Shown: positions 1 through 7,688 of the stretch, piece after piece
Layout: each line of letters starts with the position of its first letter
Numbering within the stretch: the stretch's first letter is position 1
NCBI GenBank assembly: GCA_046583355.1
Contig: JAYGCM010000041.1
Location: 1 to 10,467 of the forward strand
Direction of reading: 5' to 3'
Origin: Deltaproteobacteria bacterium
GTDB taxonomy: Bacteria > Desulfobacterota > Binatia > UBA12015
Length of the DNA stretch: 10,467 bases
Made by a program: the position numbers and the translations under genes
Notes under the pieces: model-generated
What the model was told of the DNA's origin: nothing
Databases searched by the model: none
Seen by the model: only the letters and a program-made list of their open reading frames with translations

Positions 1-1
1 G

Positions 2-418
2 CAACTTTTCATTGTGCAGCATGTGCGCCCGGCGCCCTGGATGATGATTCAAGGTGGCCTCGGTTCGTGCGGCGTCGGCTTTGCGTTGCTTTTTGTCGGC
101 AGTGATTTCCCGGTCTATCTGGTCGGCTTGGCCTTCCTCGGTCTGGGGCTGGGATTGGTGCGTCCTGGCAATGCAGCCGCCTCGTCGATGGCTGTGGCGG
201 CCGACGAGCAGGGTGCGGTGGCCGGATACCTTAATTCCGTTGGGGTGACGGGCAATATGGTCGGCCCGCTGGTGGGTGGTCTGCTCTACGATTTGGGCCC
301 GAGTTGGCCGGTCGCCCTGAACCTCGTTTTGATGGTGATCGGGCTTGCCTATGCGATGGTGCATCCCCGCGTTCGCCGGGCTTCGCATCGCAGCGTAGGA
401 CTTCCGGCGGAAAAGTAG
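2..418 (+). CDS. MFS transporter, C-terminal part (5' end lies outside the window)
   Basis: The frame is open from position 2 to TAG at 416-418. It encodes several hydrophobic TM segments and an MFS/DHA1-like C-half signature (GLGLVRP...DEQGAVAGYLNSVGVTGNMVGPLVGGLLY). Confidence 0.85.
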   Translation, partial: QLFIVQHVRPAPWMMIQGGLGSCGVGFALLFVGSDFPVYLVGLAFLGLGLGLVRPGNAAASSMAVAADEQGAVAGYLNSVGVTGNMVGPLVGGLLYDLGPSWPVALNLVLMVIGLAYAMVHPRVRRASHRSVGLPAEK

Positions 419-471
419 GCTTGCCTCCGGAGCTTGATCTGGAAGGCTTCTCGGCACAGGTTTATTATACG

Positions 472-2769
472 ATGGCCCGTGGATTGATCTTGCAGCCCAG
501 CTACCGCGTGCGCGGTGGCGTTCCCGTGATCCGACTCTTCGGTAGGCTCGATAAAGGGGGGCCCTTCCTCATCGAGGAAGACCGCTTTCGGCCCTATTTC
601 TTCCTGCACGCACGCGACCTCAAGAAGCTGCCGAGCCGCGATGGTCTGACCATCGAGGCCAGTCGGTTGGTCGATCTCGAAGGAAAGAAGGTGGCCCGCA
701 TCGCTGTGGCGACACCACCGGATGTCACGCGGCTGCGTGACCGACTCGAAGCGGCCGGGGCGCATCCGCTCGAGGCCGACCTGCGCTTTCCCTATCGCTA
801 CCTCATCGACCTTGGCGTGCGAGCGGGCATCGAGATCGAGGCGGAGCCGGTAGCGGCCGAGCGTGGTCTGGCGTACTACCATAATCCGAAGATTCGCCCC
901 GCCGAAGTCGAACCCCGACTTGATTTTCTTTCGCTTGATATCGAGACAATGCCGGATGCCGGCAGCATTCTTTCGTTTGCGTTGGCCGGCTCAGGCGTGG
1001 ACGAGGTGTATGTCGTCTCGGCCGAACGTGTGCAAGGCGCGTCCGTGGTTGATGACGAGGCTGCCTTGTTGCGCATGCTGGCGCAGCGCATCCGTGCGAT
1101 CGACCCCGATGTGATTGTCGGCTGGAACGTCGTCGATTTTGATTTGCGCGTGATCGCGAAACGCGCCGAAGTGCTCGGCATCCGACTTGAATTCGGTCGC
1201 GTTCCGGGCGAGATGATTTTTCAAAGCGATCGCCATTTTACCCGCCAGGGCCGTGTGGAGATTCCCGGCCGGGTTGTTCTCGACGGCATCGGTCTGGTTC
1301 GCGACGCCATTCGATTGCCGGATTACCGCCTGCAGACCGTGGCGATGTCGGTGCTGGGCAAGGGCAAGCTGATCGACCATGAGGCGCCGGACGCAGCGGC
1401 CGAGATTCTTCGTCTTTACAAAGAAGACCGCGAGGCGCTGGCCGCCTATAACCTCGAAGATGCGCGCTTGGTAAATGAGATCCTCGCCCATGAAGGCCTG
1501 CTCGACCTGGCCATCAAGCGCAGCCAGCTCTCGGGTATGCCGCTCGATCGCGTGGGCGCGAGTGTGGCCTCCTTCGACCGCCTCTATCTGCCCGAGTTGC
1601 GCCGCCGCGGCTTTGTCGCCCCCAGCGTACGGCGCGATGCCGAGAGCGGGCGGGTGGCCGGCGGCGCCGTCCTGGACTCCGTGCCGGGCCTCTTCTCGAA
1701 TGTCGCCGTCTTCGATTTCAAAAGTCTCTACCCGAGCCTGATCCGCACCTTCAGCCTCGACCCGCTCGCCTTTGCCTGCGCCGGCGAGGGCGCTGTCGAG
1801 GCGCCCAATGGAGCGCGCTTCTCGCGCGATACGGCGATTCTGCCGGACCTTCTCGCCGAGTTCATCGAGAGCCGCGAAGAAGCCAAGGGGCGCGGCGATC
1901 GCCACGCCGACCAGGCCATCAAGGTGATGATGAATTCACTCTTCGGCGTATTGGCCTCGCCGGGCTGCCGCTTTGCCAACCCGGAGATCGCCAACGCCAT
2001 CACCGGCTTCGGCCAGCAGACCCTGCGCTGGACACGCGATGCTTTCGAGGTCGCCGGCGTGTCTGTGCTCTATGGCGATACCGATTCGGTTTTCGTCAAA
2101 TTGAATATTGAATACGGCCAGAGCCCGCAGGAGGTCGCAGAGGAATTGCGCCAACGGATCGAGGGGAATATTCAGGAGCGCATCCGGCGCGACTACGGGG
2201 TCGAGCCCAAGCTGATCCTCGAGCTCGAATATATCCTCGAGCGCTTCTTCCTGCCGCGCGTACGTGGGGGCAAGGGCGGCAGCAAAAAACGCTACGCCGG
2301 CTGGCGTGATGGCAAGCTTCTGGTGGTTGGCCTCGAAGCCGTGCGCCGCGACTGGCCCGAACTCTCACGCCGCGTGCAGCGCGGCCTGCTTGAGCGCCTC
2401 TTCCAGAACCAGGAGATCTTGCCGTGGCTGAAAGAGGTGATCGCCTCGGTGCGTGCCGGCGAGGTAGATGACGAGCTCGTCTACGTGAAGCGGCTGCGCA
2501 AGGGGGACCTCTCGCGCTACACCAAGGCCGTCCCGCCGCACGTACAGGCGGCGCGCAAAGCCGGCAAAGATGCCGGCAACGTGATCCGCTACATCATCAC
2601 CGCAACCGGCCCGGAGCCGGTCCTCTCGGGCCGCCCGCTACCGCCGGGCATTGACCGCGAACATGCCATCGAGAAACTCCTGCGCCCGATTGCCGACGCC
2701 ATCCTCCCCGAGATCCACACCAGCTTCGACGAGGCGCTGGGCCAGCCCGTACAGCTACAACTGCTTTAG
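472..2769 (+). CDS. polB: DNA polymerase II (family B), 765 aa
   Basis: Exonuclease motifs: ExoI LDIET, ExoII GWNVVDFDL, ExoIII YNLEDA. Polymerase motifs: DFKSLYPS, KVMMNSLFG, YGDTDS, KKRYAG. The C-terminal QLQLL resembles a beta-clamp-binding motif. Start placed at ATG 472 (MARGLIL...) because the 304 start overlaps the MFS gene. Confidence 0.95.
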   Translation: MARGLILQPSYRVRGGVPVIRLFGRLDKGGPFLIEEDRFRPYFFLHARDLKKLPSRDGLTIEASRLVDLEGKKVARIAVATPPDVTRLRDRLEAAGAHPLEADLRFPYRYLIDLGVRAGIEIEAEPVAAERGLAYYHNPKIRPAEVEPRLDFLSLDIETMPDAGSILSFALAGSGVDEVYVVSAERVQGASVVDDEAALLRMLAQRIRAIDPDVIVGWNVVDFDLRVIAKRAEVLGIRLEFGRVPGEMIFQSDRHFTRQGRVEIPGRVVLDGIGLVRDAIRLPDYRLQTVAMSVLGKGKLIDHEAPDAAAEILRLYKEDREALAAYNLEDARLVNEILAHEGLLDLAIKRSQLSGMPLDRVGASVASFDRLYLPELRRRGFVAPSVRRDAESGRVAGGAVLDSVPGLFSNVAVFDFKSLYPSLIRTFSLDPLAFACAGEGAVEAPNGARFSRDTAILPDLLAEFIESREEAKGRGDRHADQAIKVMMNSLFGVLASPGCRFANPEIANAITGFGQQTLRWTRDAFEVAGVSVLYGDTDSVFVKLNIEYGQSPQEVAEELRQRIEGNIQERIRRDYGVEPKLILELEYILERFFLPRVRGGKGGSKKRYAGWRDGKLLVVGLEAVRRDWPELSRRVQRGLLERLFQNQEILPWLKEVIASVRAGEVDDELVYVKRLRKGDLSRYTKAVPPHVQAARKAGKDAGNVIRYIITATGPEPVLSGRPLPPGIDREHAIEKLLRPIADAILPEIHTSFDEALGQPVQLQLL

Positions 2770-2885
2770 GGCCTCGATCGCACCTCCAGGCCCCTTCAGG
2801 CAATCCCTCTGCGGGTTTCGTTGACCGGTTGCGTCTACATACGCTACGCCTCCGATAGCCGATCGAAAGCCCTTCTTGCTCGCCA

Positions 2886-5879
2886 ATGTTGCGCTGGGGA
2901 TTGCCGCCCGATAGGCGCGAGAGTGTGAGATCCGCCCTTGTCATTGCTGTAGTCTGGTTGTTTTCTGTGGGCGCTGCTGGGTGGGCATCGTCGGCCTCGT
3001 TGCCCGACGATGCGACGCTGCGCGGTTGGGTGGCGGAGATGAAAGTCGCTGAGCGTGGGCCCTTTCATTCGATTGGCTGGTTTTGTGAAGACGGCTCGGT
3101 ACGTGGGGCGAAGCAGGGTTGTGGTGAGCATGGCGGCGGCATCCAGCATGGGCGCTGGAATGAACGCAGCCAGGCACTCCGTGACGGCGGCTTTCTCATC
3201 GCCAACGTCATGGCCGAGGTCGAGCCAGCAGAGCTGATCGGTCCTGCGGGGCGTCCGGCGCTCGAGCAGATTTTGTTGGAGCGCTTCTTGGTGGCGGCCG
3301 ATGATGGCTGGGTGCTGCGCGCGGCACGCTCCTACCGGGGTGCATTGCAGGCCGAAGACGAAGAGGAGGGTACCCGCAAGCTCCTTGCCGCGATGCTCGT
3401 GGATCCGACCTGGCGGTCGGCGAAGAATTTCTTCGTGTTGCGCGAGGCGGCCCGCTATCTGCCGCGCCAGCCCGTTCCGGGCGATGTCTCGGCTGCCGAT
3501 GTGCGTAACTCGGCTGCCTGGATTGCGCGCAAGGACGCCGGCTTCCGCGAGCTCCGCGTGAAGATCCACGGCCAGCCGGATTCGGGCGACGCGGCGCGCG
3601 TGCGCGCCTACGCCGCGGCAAGGGGCCGCAAGAGCGTCGGCACCGGCTATGTGATCCTCGCTGGGAAAATCGACCGGCTCTACCTTGGCGGCGAGGCCGC
3701 GGCCGATGTCGAGGCGCTTGCCCGCGTATTGCCCGAAGGCTCCTTTCGCACCGGACTGCTGCGCGGGGCGCGAGCGTTGGCCGAGGCGCGCGACCCGGAG
3801 CAGCGTCTCGCGCTCACCAGCCGTCTGCTGACGCGGCTGCGCCTGAACGCCTTGCGCTTTGCCGACCCGACCAGCGGCCTTGCGTTCCTCGACACCAGCC
3901 TCTCGTTGGAAGACGCGACTTATGCGGCCGGCAACGAGCTCCTCGAGCGGGTACCCTTTGCTACGCGCCGCCGGCGCCTCGGCTGGCTCAAGGATGAAAT
4001 TGGCGCTCTTTATGGTGGCGGACTCCTCTCTGTACGTCAGGCCGCCGCGTTGCAGCAGAGTTTGCGCGACCTGCTGGCCGACCCGACCATCGCGACCTAC
4101 CGCGAAGAGGTCGCCTACCTCGCCCGCGCGCCGGAGTGGGCGGCACGCCGCCTGCGCTTCGAGATGGGCGCGGCGGTGGCGCATTTTCGCCGCCTCGACC
4201 CGATGGCCGATCGCTATTTGCAGGATCGTCTGCGCGGCAGCCCCTTTCTTTTTTACGGCGCGATCGTCGACAGCCTGGCGATCGATGCGCATCGGCTCGC
4301 CGGGGTATCGCATCGTCTCTTCGGGGTGCCGGTGGGGGTCGGCCTGCGCGGCCTCAATCCGGGGCTCGCGCGCGGTGTATTGCGCATCGGCCAAGACCTT
4401 TCCCTCGAGGAGTTCCGCAGTGACGGCATCTATCTGCTTCCCGAGACTACGGCGGAGTTGCCGCCGGTGGCCGGAATTCTGACCGAAGGGGAGGGTAGTT
4501 CGCTCTCGCATATCCAGTTATTGGCGCGGAACCTCGGCATTCCGAATGTCGTGGTGGCCGATGACCTTGCCGCCAGCCTGCGCTCCTATGCCGGCGAGAA
4601 GATCGTCGTAGCCGTGAGCCCGGGTGGCGTAGTGCAGATCGAGGCCGATGGCCGCGGCTGGGACGCTTTCTTCGCGGCAGAGGAGGCGACCGGCGCCGTG
4701 CCGGCTCCGCTGAGACTCGAGCCCGATCTCGAAAAACTCGACCTGGAAGAGATGGCGCTGATGACTCTGGACGACCTGCGCGCGCGTGACGCGGGGCGGA
4801 TCGTCGGACCGAAGAGCGCCAACCTCGGCGAACTGCGGCGCTATTTCGGCGAGCGGGTGCCGCAGGGCGTGGTCATTCCCTTTGGTGTCTTTCGCAGTTT
4901 TTTGGCCGCCCCGATCGAGCCCGGCGGTCCGGAGGCCTTTGTCTGGCTGAAGCGTCAATATGATGTTCTGCCCTGGCTGAAGGACGATCCCGGCTTGCAG
5001 AATAAAACCGCACGCCTTTTGCTTGCGCGGATCCGCGAATTCATTTTGACGGCGGAGTTTCCGGCGGGCTTTGAAGATGCATTGCGCACGGCCTTGCGCT
5101 CGACTTTCGGGGCCTCCGGTACCTATGGCGTCTTTGTGCGCAGCGATACCAACGTCGAGGATCTACCCGGCTTCACCGGCGCGGGACTCAACCGCACGGT
5201 GCCGAACGCAGTGGGCGAAGACGCGATCGTGGCGGCCGTGCGTAGGGTTTGGGCCTCGCCATTTTCCGAGCGTGCCTACGCCTGGCGCCAAGCATATATG
5301 AAGGATCCCGAGTGGGTCTTTCCGGCTGTCTTGATCCAGAAGGCGTTTCCTTCGGAGAAATCCGGCGTGATGGTGACGACCGATGTCGCCGGCGGCCGGC
5401 CGGGCTATATCACCCTTGCCGTCAATGAGGGGATCGGTGGAGCGGTGGACGGTCAGGCGGCCGAGTCGCTGCTGGTGCGGGAATCCGATGGTCATACGCG
5501 CTTGCTGGGCGAGGCGGCGCAACGCGAGCGCCGCGAGCTCGACCCCGCAGGCGGCCTGCGCACTCGCCCGACCAGTCTTTCTTTGCAGGTTCTCACGCCA
5601 GCGGAGATCCGCGAGTTGCTCACGCTCGCCTCGGAGGCGCGCAAGGATTTCCCCGCACTCCAGAAGGAGGACGGCGGTACCTTTCCGGCGGATATCGAAT
5701 TCGGCGTCGCAGGCGGCACGGCCGTCCTTCTGCAGATCCGGCCCTTTCTTGAGAATAGCGCCGCTCGCAGTAGTGCGATTCTGGGTCGGCTCGATGGGAG
5801 TGCGTCAGAGCTTGCGGCCCTACGGGTCGACCTCGATGCCGTTCCCGGTAGTCCGGTACGCGCCCACGGCGCCGACTGA
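2886..5879 (+). CDS. Predicted exported PEP/pyruvate-binding (PPDK_N ATP-grasp) domain dikinase-like protein with phospho-His domain
   Basis: 997-aa ORF; alternative GTG start at 2925. The N-terminus is signal-like (RSALVIAVVWLFSVGAAGWA). The His-swivel motif is GILTEGEGSSLSHIQLLARNLGIP (His codon 4509-4511). ATP-grasp motifs are VGPKSANLGEL, FVRSDTNVEDLPGFTGAGLN, VRRVWAS, KSGVMVT and DIEFG...LLQIRP. There is no PEP/pyruvate TIM barrel. Confidence 0.85.
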   Translation: MLRWGLPPDRRESVRSALVIAVVWLFSVGAAGWASSASLPDDATLRGWVAEMKVAERGPFHSIGWFCEDGSVRGAKQGCGEHGGGIQHGRWNERSQALRDGGFLIANVMAEVEPAELIGPAGRPALEQILLERFLVAADDGWVLRAARSYRGALQAEDEEEGTRKLLAAMLVDPTWRSAKNFFVLREAARYLPRQPVPGDVSAADVRNSAAWIARKDAGFRELRVKIHGQPDSGDAARVRAYAAARGRKSVGTGYVILAGKIDRLYLGGEAAADVEALARVLPEGSFRTGLLRGARALAEARDPEQRLALTSRLLTRLRLNALRFADPTSGLAFLDTSLSLEDATYAAGNELLERVPFATRRRRLGWLKDEIGALYGGGLLSVRQAAALQQSLRDLLADPTIATYREEVAYLARAPEWAARRLRFEMGAAVAHFRRLDPMADRYLQDRLRGSPFLFYGAIVDSLAIDAHRLAGVSHRLFGVPVGVGLRGLNPGLARGVLRIGQDLSLEEFRSDGIYLLPETTAELPPVAGILTEGEGSSLSHIQLLARNLGIPNVVVADDLAASLRSYAGEKIVVAVSPGGVVQIEADGRGWDAFFAAEEATGAVPAPLRLEPDLEKLDLEEMALMTLDDLRARDAGRIVGPKSANLGELRRYFGERVPQGVVIPFGVFRSFLAAPIEPGGPEAFVWLKRQYDVLPWLKDDPGLQNKTARLLLARIREFILTAEFPAGFEDALRTALRSTFGASGTYGVFVRSDTNVEDLPGFTGAGLNRTVPNAVGEDAIVAAVRRVWASPFSERAYAWRQAYMKDPEWVFPAVLIQKAFPSEKSGVMVTTDVAGGRPGYITLAVNEGIGGAVDGQAAESLLVRESDGHTRLLGEAAQRERRELDPAGGLRTRPTSLSLQVLTPAEIRELLTLASEARKDFPALQKEDGGTFPADIEFGVAGGTAVLLQIRPFLENSAARSSAILGRLDGSASELAALRVDLDAVPGSPVRAHGAD

Positions 5880-5886
5880 GCACCGT

Positions 5887-5912
5887 CGCAGCGGCGATTT
5901 TTCGTCGCTGCG
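5887..5912 (+). terminator. Stem-loop just after the dikinase-like gene (possible terminator or 3' stabiliser)
   Basis: CGCAGCGGCGA-TTTT-TCGTCGCTGCG forms an 11-bp stem with one G-U pair, starting 8 nt after the stop. There is no real U-tract. Confidence 0.45.
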
Positions 5913-6055
5913 TTGGCACATTGGGGCGCAGCTGACACCTCATCCCGCATAGGCCGATCGCATTTCCTGATCTTTTACGCCGGTCGGCGTTGGCGCGGGA
6001 TTTGCGGCAAGGGTAGGGCGGCGCGATGCTCGCGCCCTGTGGTGGAAGGAATGGG

Positions 6056-6367
6056 ATGATGAGGATCTGGTTGAAGAATTTCGTGCTCGGTGGTGCGGTC
6101 GCGCTGCTGGCGGTTTCGCTTTGTGTGCCAGCGGCTTTTGCTTTTGGCGATGGCACACCCGATATGAGTCCCCCGGCCGAGGAGATCGTATGTGACGATT
6201 TCGGTGGCCGGCTGTGGGGAATCTGCGTTGCCTATTGTGAAGCACAGGATTGCCCCGTTTCCGGGCATCCTTCCTGCGACAAATTGCGGGACCGCTTCTA
6301 CGACCTCAGCGGTACGGATATCTTCCCCTGCGATCTCGGGCTGGGTGATCTCCTCGGCATCGGCTAG
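6056..6367 (+). CDS. Small exported cysteine-rich hypothetical protein (~103 aa)
   Basis: GGAAGGA SD-like sequence at 6044-6050 precedes ATG 6056/6059. The signal peptide ends ...VPAAFA. The mature part has six Cys (VCDD, GICVAYCEAQDC, SCDKL, FPCD). Confidence 0.8.
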   Translation: MMRIWLKNFVLGGAVALLAVSLCVPAAFAFGDGTPDMSPPAEEIVCDDFGGRLWGICVAYCEAQDCPVSGHPSCDKLRDRFYDLSGTDIFPCDLGLGDLLGIG

Positions 6368-6419
6368 GAGTCCCTGGCGCAGCACTCCCGGATATAAGGG
6401 GGGCTTCGGGAGGAATGGA

Positions 6420-6452
6420 TTGCGGCACAGGCTCGTGGAGCCTGTGCCGCAA
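6420..6452. terminator. Perfect 15-bp inverted repeat between convergent genes (bidirectional terminator or REP-like element)
   Basis: TTGCGGCACAGGCTC-GTG-GAGCCTGTGCCGCAA lies between the stop at 6367 (+) and the stop at 6478 (-). Confidence 0.6.
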
Positions 6453-6477
6453 CACGTTGGTGAATCCGACGGGCCGT

Positions 6478-7110
6478 CTATTTCGGCTGTTCGACGAGAC
6501 GGAGGTAAGGCTTCTGGGCATCCCATCCGTCGGGAAATTTTACCTTGGCTTCGTCGTCGGAGAGGGACGGAACGATGATGCATTTCTCCCCGGATTGCCA
6601 GTTTACGGGCGTCGCGACCTGGTGCTTTGCGGTCAGTTGCAGGGAGTCGATGACGCGTAGAAGTTCGTCGAAGTTCCGGCCCGTGCTCGCCGGGTAGGTG
6701 AGCGTCAGCTTGACCTTTTTGTCCGGCCCGACCACGAAGACCGAACGCACGGTCAGCGTATTGAGGGCGTTGGGGTGGATCATATCGTAGAGGTCCGCGA
6801 TCTTGCGTTCGGGGTCGGCAATGAGCGGATAATTCGGCGCCATGCCCTGGGTCTCTTCGATATCTTTGGACCACTCGACGTGGCTCTCGGCCGAGTCGAC
6901 GCTCAGGCCGATGACCTTGACTCCGCGTTTGTCAAATTCCGGCTTGATCTTGGCCATATAGCCGAGCTCGGTCGTGCAGACCGGCGTGAAATCTTTCGGA
7001 TGAGAGAAGAGGATGGCCCAGCCATCGCCGATCCATTTGTGGAATTGAATCGTTCCCTCGGTAGTTTCCGCGGTGAAATCCGGTGCCGTATCGCCCAATC
7101 GTATAGCCAT
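6478..7110 (-). CDS. 1-Cys peroxiredoxin (Prx6 subfamily), 210 aa
   Basis: Motifs FSHPKDFTPVCTTE, YPASTGRNFDELLRVIDSLQLT and VATPVNW. AAGGAG lies 6 nt upstream of ATG 7110. Confidence 0.95.
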   Translation of the reverse strand: MAIRLGDTAPDFTAETTEGTIQFHKWIGDGWAILFSHPKDFTPVCTTELGYMAKIKPEFDKRGVKVIGLSVDSAESHVEWSKDIEETQGMAPNYPLIADPERKIADLYDMIHPNALNTLTVRSVFVVGPDKKVKLTLTYPASTGRNFDELLRVIDSLQLTAKHQVATPVNWQSGEKCIIVPSLSDDEAKVKFPDGWDAQKPYLRLVEQPK

Positions 7111-7116
7111 TATATT

Positions 7117-7122
7117 CTCCTT
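7117..7122 (-). promoter_or_regulatory. Shine-Dalgarno site of the peroxiredoxin gene
   Basis: The minus strand reads AAGGAG-AATATA-ATG. Confidence 0.8.
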
Positions 7123-7128
7123 GAAATT

Positions 7129-7150
7129 GCAGGGAAATCCAGTTCCCTGC
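7129..7150. promoter_or_regulatory. Inverted repeat directly upstream of the peroxiredoxin RBS (operator or 5'UTR hairpin)
   Basis: GCAGGGAA-ATCCAG-TTCCCTGC has perfect 8-bp arms. Confidence 0.45.
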
Positions 7151-7358
7151 TCCCGAGTTAGCGCGGTCTTCAGGGGTCGGCAAGCGCGCTCGGTGCGGAT
7201 GCAGAACGCGCCAGGGTCTAACCCGACCACCGTCCGCGTGCTCCTTTCGTTCGGGCCTCCCCAGGCCCCTGCCGAAAGTTCTCGCAAGCGATTGGGGGCG
7301 GGCATACTGATGGATCTCAGTAGCTGGTAATTCCCCGTGCGTTTACCGGAAGGCGTAG

Positions 7359-7662
7359 AGTCCGGAGGGGTGGGGAGCCTTTCGCCCGGCAAGCGGTTGG
7401 TGGCAGGAACGGCTGATGCACTGGATGCTGGAGTATCCGCGTATGCGGGAGCGCCTCTTTCGTTTCGTGGATGTGCTGCCATCGCTTCCTACAACGGAGG
7501 AAGTAGCTGAGCATCTTCGGAGCTATGTCCTTCCGGGCGGCGCGGATCTGACGCCAGCCCTTCGGCGGCGTCGGTCATAAGGCCGGTGGGCCAGGCTACC
7601 TGCGCCAACTCTGCTCCGAGCGCACGATCACCGAGAACACTCTGCGCCACGGCATGTTGTAG
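7359..7662 (+). pseudogene. putA: Collapsed remnant of bifunctional proline dehydrogenase/P5C dehydrogenase
   Basis: 7398-7550 reads WWQERLMHWMLEYPRMRERLFRFVDVLPSLPTTEEVAEHLRSYVLPGGADL, the PutA N-terminal LFRFVDVLPSL signature. 7552-7662, in a different frame, reads RQPFGGVGHKAGGPGYLRQLCSERTITENTLRHGML*, the PutA C-terminal signature. There is an in-frame TAG at 7356-7358 upstream. The 5' boundary is uncertain. Confidence 0.85.
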
Positions 7663-7688
7663 AGATCCGCCCGGAAAGTCAGGCTGCT

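Noticed and set aside
439..470. Possible LexA box or leaderless promoter upstream of polB
   Set aside because: The CTG...CAG spacing does not fit CTG-N10-CAG, and TATTAT (463-468) is only 3 nt from the ATG.
304..471. N-terminal extension of PolB (821-aa ORF)
   Set aside because: It overlaps the MFS gene, and Pol II-like sequence begins at ATG 472.
2821..2850. sigma70-like promoter starting at TTGACC
   Set aside because: There is no convincing -10 hexamer at 16-18 nt spacing.
2844..4511. Long antisense or alternate-frame ORFs (also 991-1905, 5975-6874, 8221-8754, 8890-9612, 8921-9670)
   Set aside because: They are shadows of real genes, expected from high-GC codon bias, and contain no recognisable motifs.
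2886..5879. Annotation as ppsA, ppdK or rph
   Set aside because: The domain order is different, the PEP-binding barrel is absent, and the N-terminus is signal-like.
7130..7350. SRP RNA, 6S RNA, tRNA or a known riboswitch
   Set aside because: I could not recognise any diagnostic sequence motifs.
7111..7482. 124-aa N-terminal extension of the peroxiredoxin
   Set aside because: A strong SD precedes ATG 7110, and the extension is antisense to the putA remnant.
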